The position numbers and the translations under genes are program-made. This document shows, one piece after another, positions 1 to 9,679 of a stretch of 64,000 bases of DNA; position 1 is the stretch's first letter, and each line of letters begins with the position of its first letter. The notes beneath the pieces are model-generated. The model ran no database searches, had not been told where the DNA came from, and saw only the letters and a program-made list of their open reading frames with translations. Origin of the DNA: Verrucomicrobiota bacterium (GTDB lineage: Bacteria > Verrucomicrobiota > Verrucomicrobiia > Limisphaerales > AAA164-E04). Location of the stretch: assembly GCA_047947115.1 (NCBI GenBank), contig CP170459.1, positions 2,368,001 through 2,432,000 on the forward strand, written 5' to 3'.

Positions 1-642
1 ATCACTGCGTCGAGAACCAAAGCTTCTTCCCGAATCCGAACGGCGGGAACTGCCCGACCAGTCGGCTCTGGATTGTGTGCTCCAGGGGGCGTCACCGCGT
101 TTTGCCCGGGCGGCGCCGACAGTCAGTTCGATCGATTCCCCATTCCAGTCGAGTTCAATTGTTTCAAATCCAACCTTGGTCAACTTGTGACCGGCGACCG
201 TTTCACCCATTTTTACGGCACCTGCCCATTCACTGTCTGTTCCGTCAAAAAAAGCCAGTTGTTTGTCAGAATAAAACATGGTGCCCAACAGGGTAAACGA
301 TTCTTCACGCGGCGGCTCCGGGGGACGCTCTCGTCTTTGTTCTCTTGGTCCACGTCGGTCTGGATCGAATATATTCCGGTCCAGAATCAGTTTGAACGAC
401 TCGAATTCGGCCGCCGAGTGGGCGTCGCTCTTTTCTGTTGCACCCTTGATGACACCACTTTGTTCGGTTGTCTCCATGACGGTTTCCACGGTAATAGACG
501 CGTCATCGGTCGATTTGGTTTCATCGGATTGTGCCTGAGCGGACAGGCAGGAGATCAAGGCCAGGATCAAACAGCAGATTTCAATGCAGCCAGGTTTGGT
601 TTGTGGCTTTGGGTTCATGGAGGATGTTGGTTCGTTGCTCAT
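1..642 (-). CDS. GspC/PilP-like T2SS assembly protein (partial, runs off window start)
   Basis: Not in ORF track; translated by hand: MSNEPTSSMNPKPQTKPGCIEICCLILALISCLSAQAQ...FKLILDRNIFDPDRR...ESFTLLGTMFYSDKQLAFFDG...VKMGETVAGHKLTKV. RNIF and LLGT segments are typical of GspC-like HR domains; ATGA overlap with the upstream gene at 639-642. Confidence 0.6.
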   Translation of the reverse strand, partial: MSNEPTSSMNPKPQTKPGCIEICCLILALISCLSAQAQSDETKSTDDASITVETVMETTEQSGVIKGATEKSDAHSAAEFESFKLILDRNIFDPDRRGPREQRRERPPEPPREESFTLLGTMFYSDKQLAFFDGTDSEWAGAVKMGETVAGHKLTKVGFETIELDWNGESIELTVGAARAKRGDAPWSTQSRADWSGSSRRSDSGRSFGSRRSD

Positions 643-1172
643 TGCAGGGCCTCCGGCAGCAATAATCCGCTGAAGTTTAAATTCATACCCAGGCTTTCGC
701 CTTTTTCGTCTCGTTGGGAAAGTTCCAGCGTGTCCACTTTCAATGCCAATGGATCGGATTCAAGAGCATGGACAAACCGGGCAATCATTTCAAGATCGCC
801 ATAACCGTTGGCCCGGCATTCGAGCAAAAGGTGTCCTTTGTCGGATGTGCGCCAGGTTGGTTTGATGGAGGTGAAGCTGATCCTGCTTTCCTTTGCCCAG
901 CGATCCACTGATTCCAGGATCTTATTTTCAGAAGAGGATTTCGAGATGGGGATCCCTCCACGCCACATGAGGGCCCATTTCTTGCGGATGGAGGATTCGC
1001 GTTCCATGAGCGCTCTTCCGCGCACGACCTGTTTGTCCAGCTCCTCGATGCGGGTGGCACGATCTTTCCAGGCTTCCATCATCGGACCTAGGATAAACTT
1101 GTCGCCAAACAGCACGACCACTGCCGTGACCGCAGCGACCAAAAGTAACTTTTCTCGATTGGCTTCGTTCAT
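639..1172 (-). CDS. GspM/PilO-like inner-membrane platform protein
   Basis: ATG at 1172 (MNEANREKLLL) overlaps the upstream stop (ATGA); single N-terminal TM, coiled coil, C-terminal domain; operon position. Confidence 0.7.
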   Translation of the reverse strand: MNEANREKLLLVAAVTAVVVLFGDKFILGPMMEAWKDRATRIEELDKQVVRGRALMERESSIRKKWALMWRGGIPISKSSSENKILESVDRWAKESRISFTSIKPTWRTSDKGHLLLECRANGYGDLEMIARFVHALESDPLALKVDTLELSQRDEKGESLGMNLNFSGLLLPEALQ

Positions 1173-2530
1173 TGGTTTGATTCTTCCCAGCGGTATCTGA
1201 ATGAAAAACTTAATTGTTTGTCCTCCCTGACCTGATCCACACGCAGATCTTTGACTTCGGGGGATTCCTGTAGTTTTTTTCGCATGTCCAACCAAGCCTG
1301 GTTACTTCTGGCGTATCCGGAACAAATAACCGTGGACGGTTCCCGGATATCCAAGTCCTTGACCCAGACGTCACCCCGTTCAGGAAAAGCTTCGGTGAGG
1401 TGTTTTATCAGTTTCAATGTAGGGATGGTTTCATCAAACCATGGCCGGTAAAGCCGGATGCGATTCTGGAGTTCTTCCAGTTCGCCGACCTGTACTTCCA
1501 TGGCCTTCCATTCTTCGTCCAAGCCTTGAAGCTTTTGTCCCTGCCAGAAGAACAAGAGTCCGATGATCAAGGCCGCTGCCGTGGCGCCCCCACCGATCCA
1601 CTTGTTGCGTCCGGTGGATATTCGCTGGCTCCACTCCTGAAAAGGGCTGACTTTGGGGGGGAGGAATTCGAATGGATTGGAACGATTCAGTAAAAAATCG
1701 GAAGCCAGGTCCAGGGCGTTGGAGTTCTGGTTGGACAATGACGTGGGCTTGAGGTTCAGTCGATCGGCGACTTCCTGCAAGGCTTCTTTGAATTCGTCGC
1801 CCTTTTGAGTGTCTTGAAAGTAAAAGCAACTTTTGAGGGCTCCCTGCAAATCGGCGCTGAGTTCACCCACGCTGATTTTTATTTCACGTGCGATCTGTTT
1901 TGCGCTATCGGTTTCGTTCAGCGAACGTGCCATGGCGAGGCGGTTTCCGCACACTGCCAGCAGGTCAAAGCCTGACGGGGTTGGAATGAGGCACAGGGCG
2001 TTGGCATCAGGAAGTGCCTTCAAAAACGTGGCGCCTCCGCAACTGACCGACCAGCTCAATGGTTTGAGCCGGGCCGTTTCCATGATGCGGTTCAAGTGGT
2101 CGAGGCGCGCGCTTGGCAGGGCGCCCATCAACGCATGTGGTTTATGAGAGGGGGAAGTAAAGACGGATCGGGAAATGCTGAGTTCGTCGACGGGAAATGG
2201 GAACTCGCGTTCGGCGTGGGTTTCAAAGAAAAACTCCAGATCCTCACCTTCCAGTTCGGGGATTTCAGTCCTGCTGGTAAAGAGCCATCCAATCGGCAGG
2301 GAACCAATGCATTGTTTCTCCCTGATGCCTGCGCTTTCCAACGCATCGCGCAGTTTTGTTCCGATTGTTTCCGGATTTTCCTTGAACAGATCTTCCGGCA
2401 ATTCGACAAAGCCCGTGCCTTCGCTGCGGCAGGTGTTGCCGCTTTTGCGGACATACTCAAACCGAAGCGTTTGATAGCCCCAGTCCAGACTCACCACCGA
2501 AGTGGGTTTCTTTTTTTTCCAACCGATCAT
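1169..2530 (-). CDS. GspL / PilM-PilN-like fusion protein
   Basis: ATG at 2530 with ATGA overlap; N-terminal actin-like PilM-type region (VSLDWG...FPFPVDEL), TM, then PilN-like domain (FPERGDVWVKDL...SGYARS). Confidence 0.7.
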   Translation of the reverse strand: MIGWKKKKPTSVVSLDWGYQTLRFEYVRKSGNTCRSEGTGFVELPEDLFKENPETIGTKLRDALESAGIREKQCIGSLPIGWLFTSRTEIPELEGEDLEFFFETHAEREFPFPVDELSISRSVFTSPSHKPHALMGALPSARLDHLNRIMETARLKPLSWSVSCGGATFLKALPDANALCLIPTPSGFDLLAVCGNRLAMARSLNETDSAKQIAREIKISVGELSADLQGALKSCFYFQDTQKGDEFKEALQEVADRLNLKPTSLSNQNSNALDLASDFLLNRSNPFEFLPPKVSPFQEWSQRISTGRNKWIGGGATAAALIIGLLFFWQGQKLQGLDEEWKAMEVQVGELEELQNRIRLYRPWFDETIPTLKLIKHLTEAFPERGDVWVKDLDIREPSTVICSGYARSNQAWLDMRKKLQESPEVKDLRVDQVREDKQLSFSFRYRWEESNQ

Positions 2531-3753
2531 CGTTGACGTTGTTGTTGCACGTATTGCTTTAGTTCTTCTCGCAGGTTCGTCCCCAAAGCCCAACCTTGTC
2601 GGGCCAGGTCCTTTCGGAAAATCACTACGGGTTCTTCCCCGCTGGTGTCGACCACAAACTGTGTGCGACGAAATCCCCGGCCGTTTTTGCCGACAGCAGC
2701 CACATCCACCATGAACCGCTGACTGGATCCTGCGAAATATTCCTGAGCCTCGGTCAAATCTCCATCGCCGACGGCGTCACTGACCCAGCCCGTATCGGAA
2801 CCCAGGCCGGCCTGAGTGGACCTGTAGGAGACCAGCTGTTGAGCTTTGGCCTGGTCCATCCCGGGGAGGCAGGCCAGCACGGCTGCGCTGGCTGTGTTGA
2901 CATTGACTTTGAGGGTGGGTTCATCCCCTTGAATGTTGATATTATTGGGGGGATTTTGATCCGGTTGGTTGGTGCCCCCGTTAGTATTTCCCTGACCTTG
3001 GTCGTTGTTTTCCTCGGGGAATTTACTGAACACGGTCACGTATTCCGACAACCCGAAATCGAGTGTGCCGTTCTGATTGTCCATTGGCGGTGTGGCGTTG
3101 CCGTCGTTTTCATTGGGGTCCAGGATGCCGTTCATGTTGGCATCCTCGCCATAAACAAGAACAGGGGAGGCTCCGTAAACCATCATGAGCTCGTCCACGG
3201 TGTCGAACGGGGCGTTTTTGATTTGTCGGGATGGGATCATGCGGACGTAAACGTCTCCTTCGGCCCCGCCTTCGCTGACCTCCTCGTCCTCGTCACGCCA
3301 ATCGATGATGGCCGCCGCGAATTCGGGTGTCATGTTAGGCAGGTTTTCCAACATTTCCTGTGTGGCCAGGTTCAGGTCCAGTTTAGCGCCTTCATCCGTC
3401 AGTACGAATTCGGGGACGGTTGCATAAGCGTTTTGGGCGCCCCGGCCGATATACCAGTAAAGCGCTTCGCCCACAGTGCTGCGTTCGCGTGAGTAAGTGT
3501 TTGATTCCGGCAGCACGCCCTCTTCATCCGCATTGGCAAGGAGGTGCATCGCATATCTTAGGGCGCCATCAATGGCCTGTTCCGCCTGAAGACCTTCGTA
3601 GTAGTTTTCCGCCGCCCTGAATTCGAAATACATGGAATGCGAGAAGTAAAGCGTGACGCTGACCAATCCGAGTGCGACCCACATGACAATAATGAGGACC
3701 GAACCTTCGGTTCGACCTTGCTTGCGGTTTGTCATGGATGTTCGCTTTGTCAT
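2527..3753 (-). CDS. gspK: Type II secretion minor pseudopilin GspK
   Basis: G|SVLIIVMWV atypical prepilin site; DEGAKLDLN, AIIDWRD, KNAPFDTVDEL and VNVNTAS motifs. Confidence 0.9.
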   Translation of the reverse strand: MTKRTSMTNRKQGRTEGSVLIIVMWVALGLVSVTLYFSHSMYFEFRAAENYYEGLQAEQAIDGALRYAMHLLANADEEGVLPESNTYSRERSTVGEALYWYIGRGAQNAYATVPEFVLTDEGAKLDLNLATQEMLENLPNMTPEFAAAIIDWRDEDEEVSEGGAEGDVYVRMIPSRQIKNAPFDTVDELMMVYGASPVLVYGEDANMNGILDPNENDGNATPPMDNQNGTLDFGLSEYVTVFSKFPEENNDQGQGNTNGGTNQPDQNPPNNINIQGDEPTLKVNVNTASAAVLACLPGMDQAKAQQLVSYRSTQAGLGSDTGWVSDAVGDGDLTEAQEYFAGSSQRFMVDVAAVGKNGRGFRRTQFVVDTSGEEPVVIFRKDLARQGWALGTNLREELKQYVQQQRQR

Positions 3754-4505
3754 TCAGTGTCATGTCACTTCCATCCACATAATGGAGGAAGGTAACTAGA
3801 GCAGACGTTGTGGCACAAATTTCGGTTACATTTCATTCACTTGGTCTCGTTAAAAAGTTCAGTTCCTGTCTGTATGCTTGATGGGGTCCTATTGGCTCTG
3901 TAGCAATGAGTTTTGAATAAGGGTCTGGTTTTCCTGCAGTTGGTTCACTCCGGTTGAAAGTTGGTCCAGCGTTTTGCTGATATTGGCAATATCGTCGTAA
4001 AGGCTTTCAATGGAAGTGTTTAGTTGGTTGGAAAGTTCCATTAATTCCGATATTCTGGTTGCGTGGGTGCTGGCTTCGTTTTGGATGGTTGAAAGTTGCA
4101 ATTGCACTTCATTGTCCATGATCTCCACTGCCTCGATCAGCATGTCGACCAATTCCTGATTGGTGGTTGCTTTGCTCAAGGCTTGTCTAGCCGCCCCCGG
4201 AACGATCATGTTGGTGGAGGTCAGGATGAATTCGGATGTTGTGGTTGGCCTGTTCTTGATGGCGATGACCTCTTTCTTGAGCCCAATGACCATGTAACCC
4301 AGATACATGTTCATCAAAAGCAGGATTGCCAGCATGCCAAGCGTCCATGGTGGGTTGTTCCCTTGTGCATGGCTTGAGATCCGACTGGATACTTGTGTTG
4401 AGGGATGTTTTGCGTGGCCAAGGTGTTCGGCGAGTTGAGAAAACCAGACTTGGTTTCCACAATCCGGACAAGCGCACGTGCTCCCTTCCTTTTCCTGTGG
4501 GTATT

Positions 4506-4513
4506 CAATGATC
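4506..4513. repeat. Target-site duplication CAATGATC (left copy; right copy at 6046-6053)
   Basis: Identical 8-mer immediately outside both IS ends. Confidence 0.95.
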
Positions 4514-6045
4514 GCCTCTTCTTCAGAATCTGTGGGTAAATTTAGGTTCGGGTAGTTCACCCATTGTGTGAAAAAGGGCTATTTTAAGCACTTCAAAGCT
4601 ACGATAGCCGTAGGCTTTTCTGGTAGTCAGATTTATTTTGCGGTTCAAACCCTCAACAACTCCCGACGAAATAGTCTTTTTGGCCCTGAACCAATTCAGG
4701 ATCAGCGGCTGATGTTTTCGTAGGCTGCTGGCAAATTTCTTGATGGGTTCCAGACGTGAGCGCATAGCTCTGGTGCACCACTTGTTCAAATACCACTCAG
4801 CCCAATATGGGCTAGTGTAATTCCAAAAGAACTCAAATGCTTCTTTGAGCAAAAATGCCCGAACACTTTTCAGATCATACTGGAGGACTTCCTCCAGCTT
4901 AATCTTTTGATTGGGCGTGAGGTTCTCACGACGTTTGAGAAAGCAGTATTTGGTGTGTTTAAGCACTTCCTGGTATCCGTCCTGACGCATCTTACGCGCT
5001 TCGACCGCCCTGACTTCATTGATTGCTTTGTTCAGATTGGCTACGATATGGAAGCGATCCAACACGTGGAGGGCGTGTTCGAGTTTTTCCTTAATCACAT
5101 TGAGATAAGGTTTCCACATGTCCGAACAAACAAATTGAATGGACTCAAGTTGCTTTTGAGTGAGGATCTTAAAAAAATCCCGAAGGGATTGCTCGGTTCT
5201 CTCCTTGGTGACGCTTAACAATCGGCGCGTGCCTTGATCTATCTGGTAAACCACCGTCAGATACTTTTGCCCCTTTCCAAAATGCACCTCATCAACTCCG
5301 ATGGCATTAATATCGTCCAAACTCCTGTGCTTCAAGCCGTATTCAACAATGGAAGCAACGGACCGATACACCGATTGCCAACTGACTTCAAAGGTCTGGG
5401 CAACTTCTTTCCATGAAAGTTTCCGAGCCCACTGTGCAAGGAAGTGTTCCATGACACAGGTTATCCGGCTTTTTCCTTTGGCCCAAGGAACCGATTCGAT
5501 GACAACACCGTCATTGGGGCAGTTAACTCTTCGCATCCGGTATTCAAGAAACACCGGCCACCCCCATAAGGGGATGAATCGAAACTTTCGTTTTCCAGGA
5601 CGATGGTCATAGGTGGAAGCACTACGATTGCACTTTGAACATACTGGGCGGCTGTTTTGCCGTGGTTCAACGCTTACGACAATAGCTTCGACTCCTTCAA
5701 CTTCCTGGAAGCATGCTTGGCGATAGACAAAGGATTTGAATTTATGGCAACGATTGAGCAAGGTTTTCAACAGCATCGGCAATCTTTGACGAGGTTTGTT
5801 TTGGCGACGCCATGTTGAGGAGATTGCCGATGCTTTTCGAATAAAAATCCTCTGGGTTTTTCTTGGAGAAAAACCACACCACCCGTAGGCCCTCTCGCGT
5901 CGTGGAAGTCCAGGAAAACATCATATAAGTGCCGAAGGCCGACTCCGCGTCAGCGGGGGAGTTATGCTGATGTTTTACTGGACTGGAACAGAGCGATAGG
6001 GCATCCCGACGTGCTCAATTTACCCACTCTTTTTTGAGAAGACCC
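4514..6045 (-). mobile_element. ISL3-family insertion sequence, 1532 bp
   Basis: Imperfect terminal IRs GCCTCTTCTTCAGAATCTGTGGGTAAATT vs GGGTCTTCTCAAAAAAGAGTGGGTAAATT (21/29 identical); flanked by the 8-bp direct repeat CAATGATC; encodes an ISL3 transposase. Confidence 0.95.
4523..5776 (-). CDS. ISL3 family transposase
   Basis: N-terminal zinc finger (CSKC...CPND), IGVDE, CSDMWKPY, LDRFHIV and EGLNRKI...AYGYRS motifs; stop codon lies within the IR. Confidence 0.95.
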   Translation of the reverse strand: MLLKTLLNRCHKFKSFVYRQACFQEVEGVEAIVVSVEPRQNSRPVCSKCNRSASTYDHRPGKRKFRFIPLWGWPVFLEYRMRRVNCPNDGVVIESVPWAKGKSRITCVMEHFLAQWARKLSWKEVAQTFEVSWQSVYRSVASIVEYGLKHRSLDDINAIGVDEVHFGKGQKYLTVVYQIDQGTRRLLSVTKERTEQSLRDFFKILTQKQLESIQFVCSDMWKPYLNVIKEKLEHALHVLDRFHIVANLNKAINEVRAVEARKMRQDGYQEVLKHTKYCFLKRRENLTPNQKIKLEEVLQYDLKSVRAFLLKEAFEFFWNYTSPYWAEWYLNKWCTRAMRSRLEPIKKFASSLRKHQPLILNWFRAKKTISSGVVEGLNRKINLTTRKAYGYRSFEVLKIALFHTMGELPEPKFTHRF

Positions 6046-6114
6046 CAATGATCTTACCGCAGGCATTGCAATGGACACTGTTGAATTCACTCATGCGAAA
6101 AAGGGCCGTCGTGA

Positions 6115-6882
6115 TTACCGGCCATTAGTATTGTTGTCTGTTTGAGTCGTTCCATCTTCGGATTCCTCTTCGATTTGAGGTGTTGCCAGGAGGGCTACGG
6201 TGGTTTGGAGCGACGGGTAGGGTATGTTGTTGGGGCGGTTGGCCAATTGGCCGTTGGCGTCTTCCCTCAGAAACTCGACCCTGACACGCACGGCTTTCGG
6301 TAATTTGCTTTCGTCCACGGTGGAATCCCAGGTTTCCTGCCAGTATTCACCGTCGTAGTATTGGAATTTCAAGGATGCGATTTCATTGGCAATGGCCTGG
6401 GGATTGACGATGGAATCGGTGGTCGGAAGAAGATTGCGTGTCACTTCCCGATACAGGGTATACCCTTCCGCCATTTCACTCCGGCCTTCGTAGATGGGTT
6501 GTTGGAGATAATACCGGACTTTCTGCAGATGGCCCCAGGGTTGATTGGTCTGGATGATGCCGGAAGCGGTGTAGAATTCCAGTTGATCGGTGCGTGTCAT
6601 CGCACCACTGACGGTTTCTCCCCGGAATTCCTGTGCGAAGGTGGTTTCCTTGAGCATGCATTGTTTCAGATCCGATTCGATGATTTCCATGATGCGCATG
6701 CGGGTGTTCAATTGGTCCATGCGCTTCTGGCCGCGTTCCCTCATCTCCATGGATTCCATGAGGGTGACTTTGATGACCAACACAATCATGGCAAATGCCA
6801 CACTCGCCACCAGTAGCTCCATCAATGTGAAACCCGAGCGCGTTGAACGTGAGGAAGAGCCTTTTGGAATGTTGGTTTTCAT
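6115..6882 (-). CDS. gspJ: Type II secretion minor pseudopilin GspJ
   Basis: G|FTLMELLV N-methylation site; C-terminal FQYYDGEYWQETWDS...LPKAVRV. Confidence 0.85.
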   Translation of the reverse strand: MKTNIPKGSSSRSTRSGFTLMELLVASVAFAMIVLVIKVTLMESMEMRERGQKRMDQLNTRMRIMEIIESDLKQCMLKETTFAQEFRGETVSGAMTRTDQLEFYTASGIIQTNQPWGHLQKVRYYLQQPIYEGRSEMAEGYTLYREVTRNLLPTTDSIVNPQAIANEIASLKFQYYDGEYWQETWDSTVDESKLPKAVRVRVEFLREDANGQLANRPNNIPYPSLQTTVALLATPQIEEESEDGTTQTDNNTNGR

Positions 6883-7307
6883 TGTTGGTTGTCATCCACC
6901 AGAGTGGCGAGCTGGACGCGGCGACTCTGCCCCTGAACCGGGTAAGTGACAACGAGGGTCAATTGCTGCATGTCGTCCTGATCCCAACCCGATTGAATCA
7001 GTTCCCATTCGTAAAGTTCATGGTCCGGAGCAAAATTGCCCCGGCTGCCTGCCTGACGCCACTGGTCGGTGGCAATCAATTCCGTCAACATGCTGTTGGC
7101 CAGATGCGCGGCGATGCGTTTGCGTTCCGCTGTAACGGAAGCACGATTGGCAAGAACCAGGCCCTGCATGACGACCGGCAGCAGAATGGCCATGAAGATC
7201 ATCGCTGCCAGCACTTCGGCGAAGGTGAATCCCGCCTCGTGCCTTCGATCAATACGACATGAGCTGGTCTTGTGCCAGAAGGTCGTTTTGGATAACGAGC
7301 ATTTCAT
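6879..7307 (-). CDS. gspI: Type II secretion minor pseudopilin GspI-like
   Basis: G|FTFAEVLAA site; small size; lies between the H and J genes. Confidence 0.75.
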   Translation of the reverse strand: MKCSLSKTTFWHKTSSCRIDRRHEAGFTFAEVLAAMIFMAILLPVVMQGLVLANRASVTAERKRIAAHLANSMLTELIATDQWRQAGSRGNFAPDHELYEWELIQSGWDQDDMQQLTLVVTYPVQGQSRRVQLATLVDDNQQ

Positions 7308-7866
7308 CGCCTTTTCTTATTTCGTAACGCAGTCCGTTTGGAGCGCGGATGATCTGGAGTTTTTGTTCTTCCAGCTTTTTGTTTTTCAAATAGAAACCGG
7401 GCAGGCTTGCAATATCCAGTTGCCCATCCGGATAATAGATAATGCTGGGCATGGATTGGGTGATGGTCGAGTTGCGGTCCAATTCAATTTCCAGGTTGGA
7501 ATCCAATTGGTAAACGTACGGCCCGCTCAGTTCACTCTGGTTCAATGGATTGCCTGATCCTGCATTCAAACCGGAAAGCTCCCTCACGCCAAACCACTGA
7601 TTTTCCAGATCGAACCATACCTGCATGGGCATTCCGCTGGAAATGGCCTCGTGTCTGGCCAGGTGGGTGACGCCCAGGATTCGGCGTGCTTCATCATTGA
7701 TGATGGTGCCTCGAAAGAACTTGTTCAGAGAAGGGGACACCACGGTCATGATCGCTGTGAGGATCACCATCACCATGATGAGTTCGATCAAGGTAAACCC
7801 GCGGGATGGCAGGGAGCAAAAGCCCAAGCGACTGCTGCAGCGATGGCTTGGGCTTAGGATTTTCAT
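7249..7866 (-). CDS. gspH: Type II secretion minor pseudopilin GspH/FimT-like
   Basis: G|FTLIELIMV; ARHEAI and IIYYPDG motifs; start chosen at MKILSP. Confidence 0.75.
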   Translation of the reverse strand: MKILSPSHRCSSRLGFCSLPSRGFTLIELIMVMVILTAIMTVVSPSLNKFFRGTIINDEARRILGVTHLARHEAISSGMPMQVWFDLENQWFGVRELSGLNAGSGNPLNQSELSGPYVYQLDSNLEIELDRNSTITQSMPSIIYYPDGQLDIASLPGFYLKNKKLEEQKLQIIRAPNGLRYEIRKGDEMLVIQNDLLAQDQLMSY

Positions 7867-7951
7867 AAAAAGTTGTGATGTGACAACGGTCTGTGAACAT
7901 GGAGATGGGATGCCTTCCGTCGTCCACAAACTTCGTCATATGCTTTCGGCA

Positions 7952-8407
7952 TCAATTGTTGTTGACGTGGTCCCAGTTCGTGATGTCATCACCACCGCCC
8001 ACACGCCCGTCCGGTCCCATCGACATGATGTCATAACCCGCTGCATTTTGTTTGCCTGGAAATTCGTAGATGTAACTGTTGCCCCAGGGGTCGTTGGGGA
8101 TGCCTTTCTTGAGGTAGGGCCCGTTCCAGCTGGTGGCGTTGCTGGGTTGGTTGACCAGTTCGTCCAGGCCATCGCTGCCGGATGGGTAATATCCGTTGTC
8201 GGTTTCAAAAATATCCAGAGCAGTTTCGAAAACGGAAATCTGGCTGCGTGCGGCGGTTTCTTTGGCTTGTTGGGAACGTCCGGCAAATTTGGGAACCACC
8301 ACTGCGGCCAGGGCGGCGAGGATGACCAATACCAGCAGCATTTCCACCAGTGTGAATCCTTTTTGACGGGTGCGACGTGTTTTGTTGATTCGTGTGTGCA
8401 ATTTCAT
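7952..8407 (-). CDS. gspG: Type II secretion major pseudopilin GspG
   Basis: G|FTLVEMLLV; WNGPYLKKGIPNDPWGNSYIYEFPG; SMGPDG...DDITNW. Confidence 0.95.
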   Translation of the reverse strand: MKLHTRINKTRRTRQKGFTLVEMLLVLVILAALAAVVVPKFAGRSQQAKETAARSQISVFETALDIFETDNGYYPSGSDGLDELVNQPSNATSWNGPYLKKGIPNDPWGNSYIYEFPGKQNAAGYDIMSMGPDGRVGGGDDITNWDHVNNN

Positions 8408-8429
8408 AATTAGTTCAAGTTGTCTTTGT

Positions 8430-9665
8430 TCACTTAATGTAATCCTGGATGGTGAAAATTGGAATCACCATTCCGATAAATATCGTGCCGATAAAACCGG
8501 CAATCAGAAAAAGCATCAGGGGTTCCATGAGAGAAACCGCCGTTTTCAATTGTTGATCCAGATCCTTCTCGGTCGTTGCCGCCAGGCGGATCAGTTCCTG
8601 ATCCAATCGTCCACTTTCTTCCGCCACGGAAATCATTTCCAGAATGGATCCGTGGAACAAGACGCGGCAATCGGAAAGGCTGCGGGCCAGCGTGTCACCT
8701 TTTTTGACGCGTTCGATGGATTCCGCTACCGCATCAACCAGAATCTGGTTGCCGATGGATCGGCGGGCCACATTCAGGCCATGAATCAAAGGAACCCCGG
8801 CGTTCAGAAGAGTCCCCAGCATGCGGCAGAAGCGAGCCATGGCGAACTGGGCATTCAAAGGCCCGATGACGGGCAGGCTCAGCATGCTTTGCTCGAACTT
8901 GCGCCGCCCACGGTCCGTGGCCAGCCAGTTTCGGATGCCGATGCCTGCTATACCTGCGCCGATGGCAATGAAGAAGCCATAAGATTGGCAAAACTCACTG
9001 GTGGATACAATGACCTGGGTTAGGAGGGGAAGTGCCGCATCGAATCCTTCGAACAGCACTTTGAACCGCGGGATGAAGAACATCATCAAAAAGACCAGCA
9101 CACCCAAGGCGAGGCAAAGGAGTACGACGGGATAAATCATGGCGGACAGCACTTTGCCGCGCAGTTCCTTGTCGCGTGATTGAAAATCGGCGATCTGCCC
9201 CAGGACCAGGTCCAGGAAACCACCTGTTTCACCCGCCTCCACCATGGCGACATAAACCTTTGGAAACGTGTCGGGAAACCGGCTCATGGCATTGGCCAGG
9301 GACATGCCGTCGACCACCAGATCGTGCACGGCTTTCCAACGTTCGCCCGCTGCGGGAGAGGCTGCCTCGCGGTAGAGGATGACCAGAGCCCGACTCAGAG
9401 GGACGCCTGCGGAAAGGAGACTGGAAAGTAGCCGGGTGAAGTTTTCCAGCATCTTGAAGGTGATGCGTCCAGATTTCCATGGCAGGGAGAGGGAAGATCT
9501 CGAGGATTTTTTGGCTCCTGCCTTTCCCTGTTGTTCGGTCAACTTGATCGGCTTCAGGCCCAGAGCTTCCATCTTGCGGAAGGCGTCCTGTCTGCCGCCG
9601 GCATCGATGTCTCCGGTGGCAATTCCGCCATCCGCTTTGAGCGCCTTATATTGAAAAGTTGCCAC
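8430..9665 (-). CDS. gspF: Type II secretion platform protein GspF
   Basis: AGETGGFLD, AMIYP, AEESGRLD and LMEP motifs; three TM segments. Confidence 0.92.
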   Translation of the reverse strand: MATFQYKALKADGGIATGDIDAGGRQDAFRKMEALGLKPIKLTEQQGKAGAKKSSRSSLSLPWKSGRITFKMLENFTRLLSSLLSAGVPLSRALVILYREAASPAAGERWKAVHDLVVDGMSLANAMSRFPDTFPKVYVAMVEAGETGGFLDLVLGQIADFQSRDKELRGKVLSAMIYPVVLLCLALGVLVFLMMFFIPRFKVLFEGFDAALPLLTQVIVSTSEFCQSYGFFIAIGAGIAGIGIRNWLATDRGRRKFEQSMLSLPVIGPLNAQFAMARFCRMLGTLLNAGVPLIHGLNVARRSIGNQILVDAVAESIERVKKGDTLARSLSDCRVLFHGSILEMISVAEESGRLDQELIRLAATTEKDLDQQLKTAVSLMEPLMLFLIAGFIGTIFIGMVIPIFTIQDYIK

Positions 9666-9679
9666 GTTAAACCGTTTTC

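Larger units (their letters stand above)
3889..6094 (-). pseudogene. Zinc-ribbon / TM / coiled-coil protein gene interrupted by ISL3
   Basis: Joining 6094-6046 to 4505-3889 (removing the IS and one TSD copy) gives a continuous 221-aa ORF MSEFNSVHCNACGKIIEYPQEKEGSTCACPDCGNQVWF..., then a TM segment and a long coiled coil. Confidence 0.9.

Noticed and set aside
73..804. 243-aa plus-strand ORF
   Set aside because: Antisense shadow of the gspC-like and gspM-like genes; no recognisable motifs.
3889..4560. 223-aa ORF as an intact native gene
   Set aside because: Its first 16 codons derive from the IS end; the native start is at 6094.
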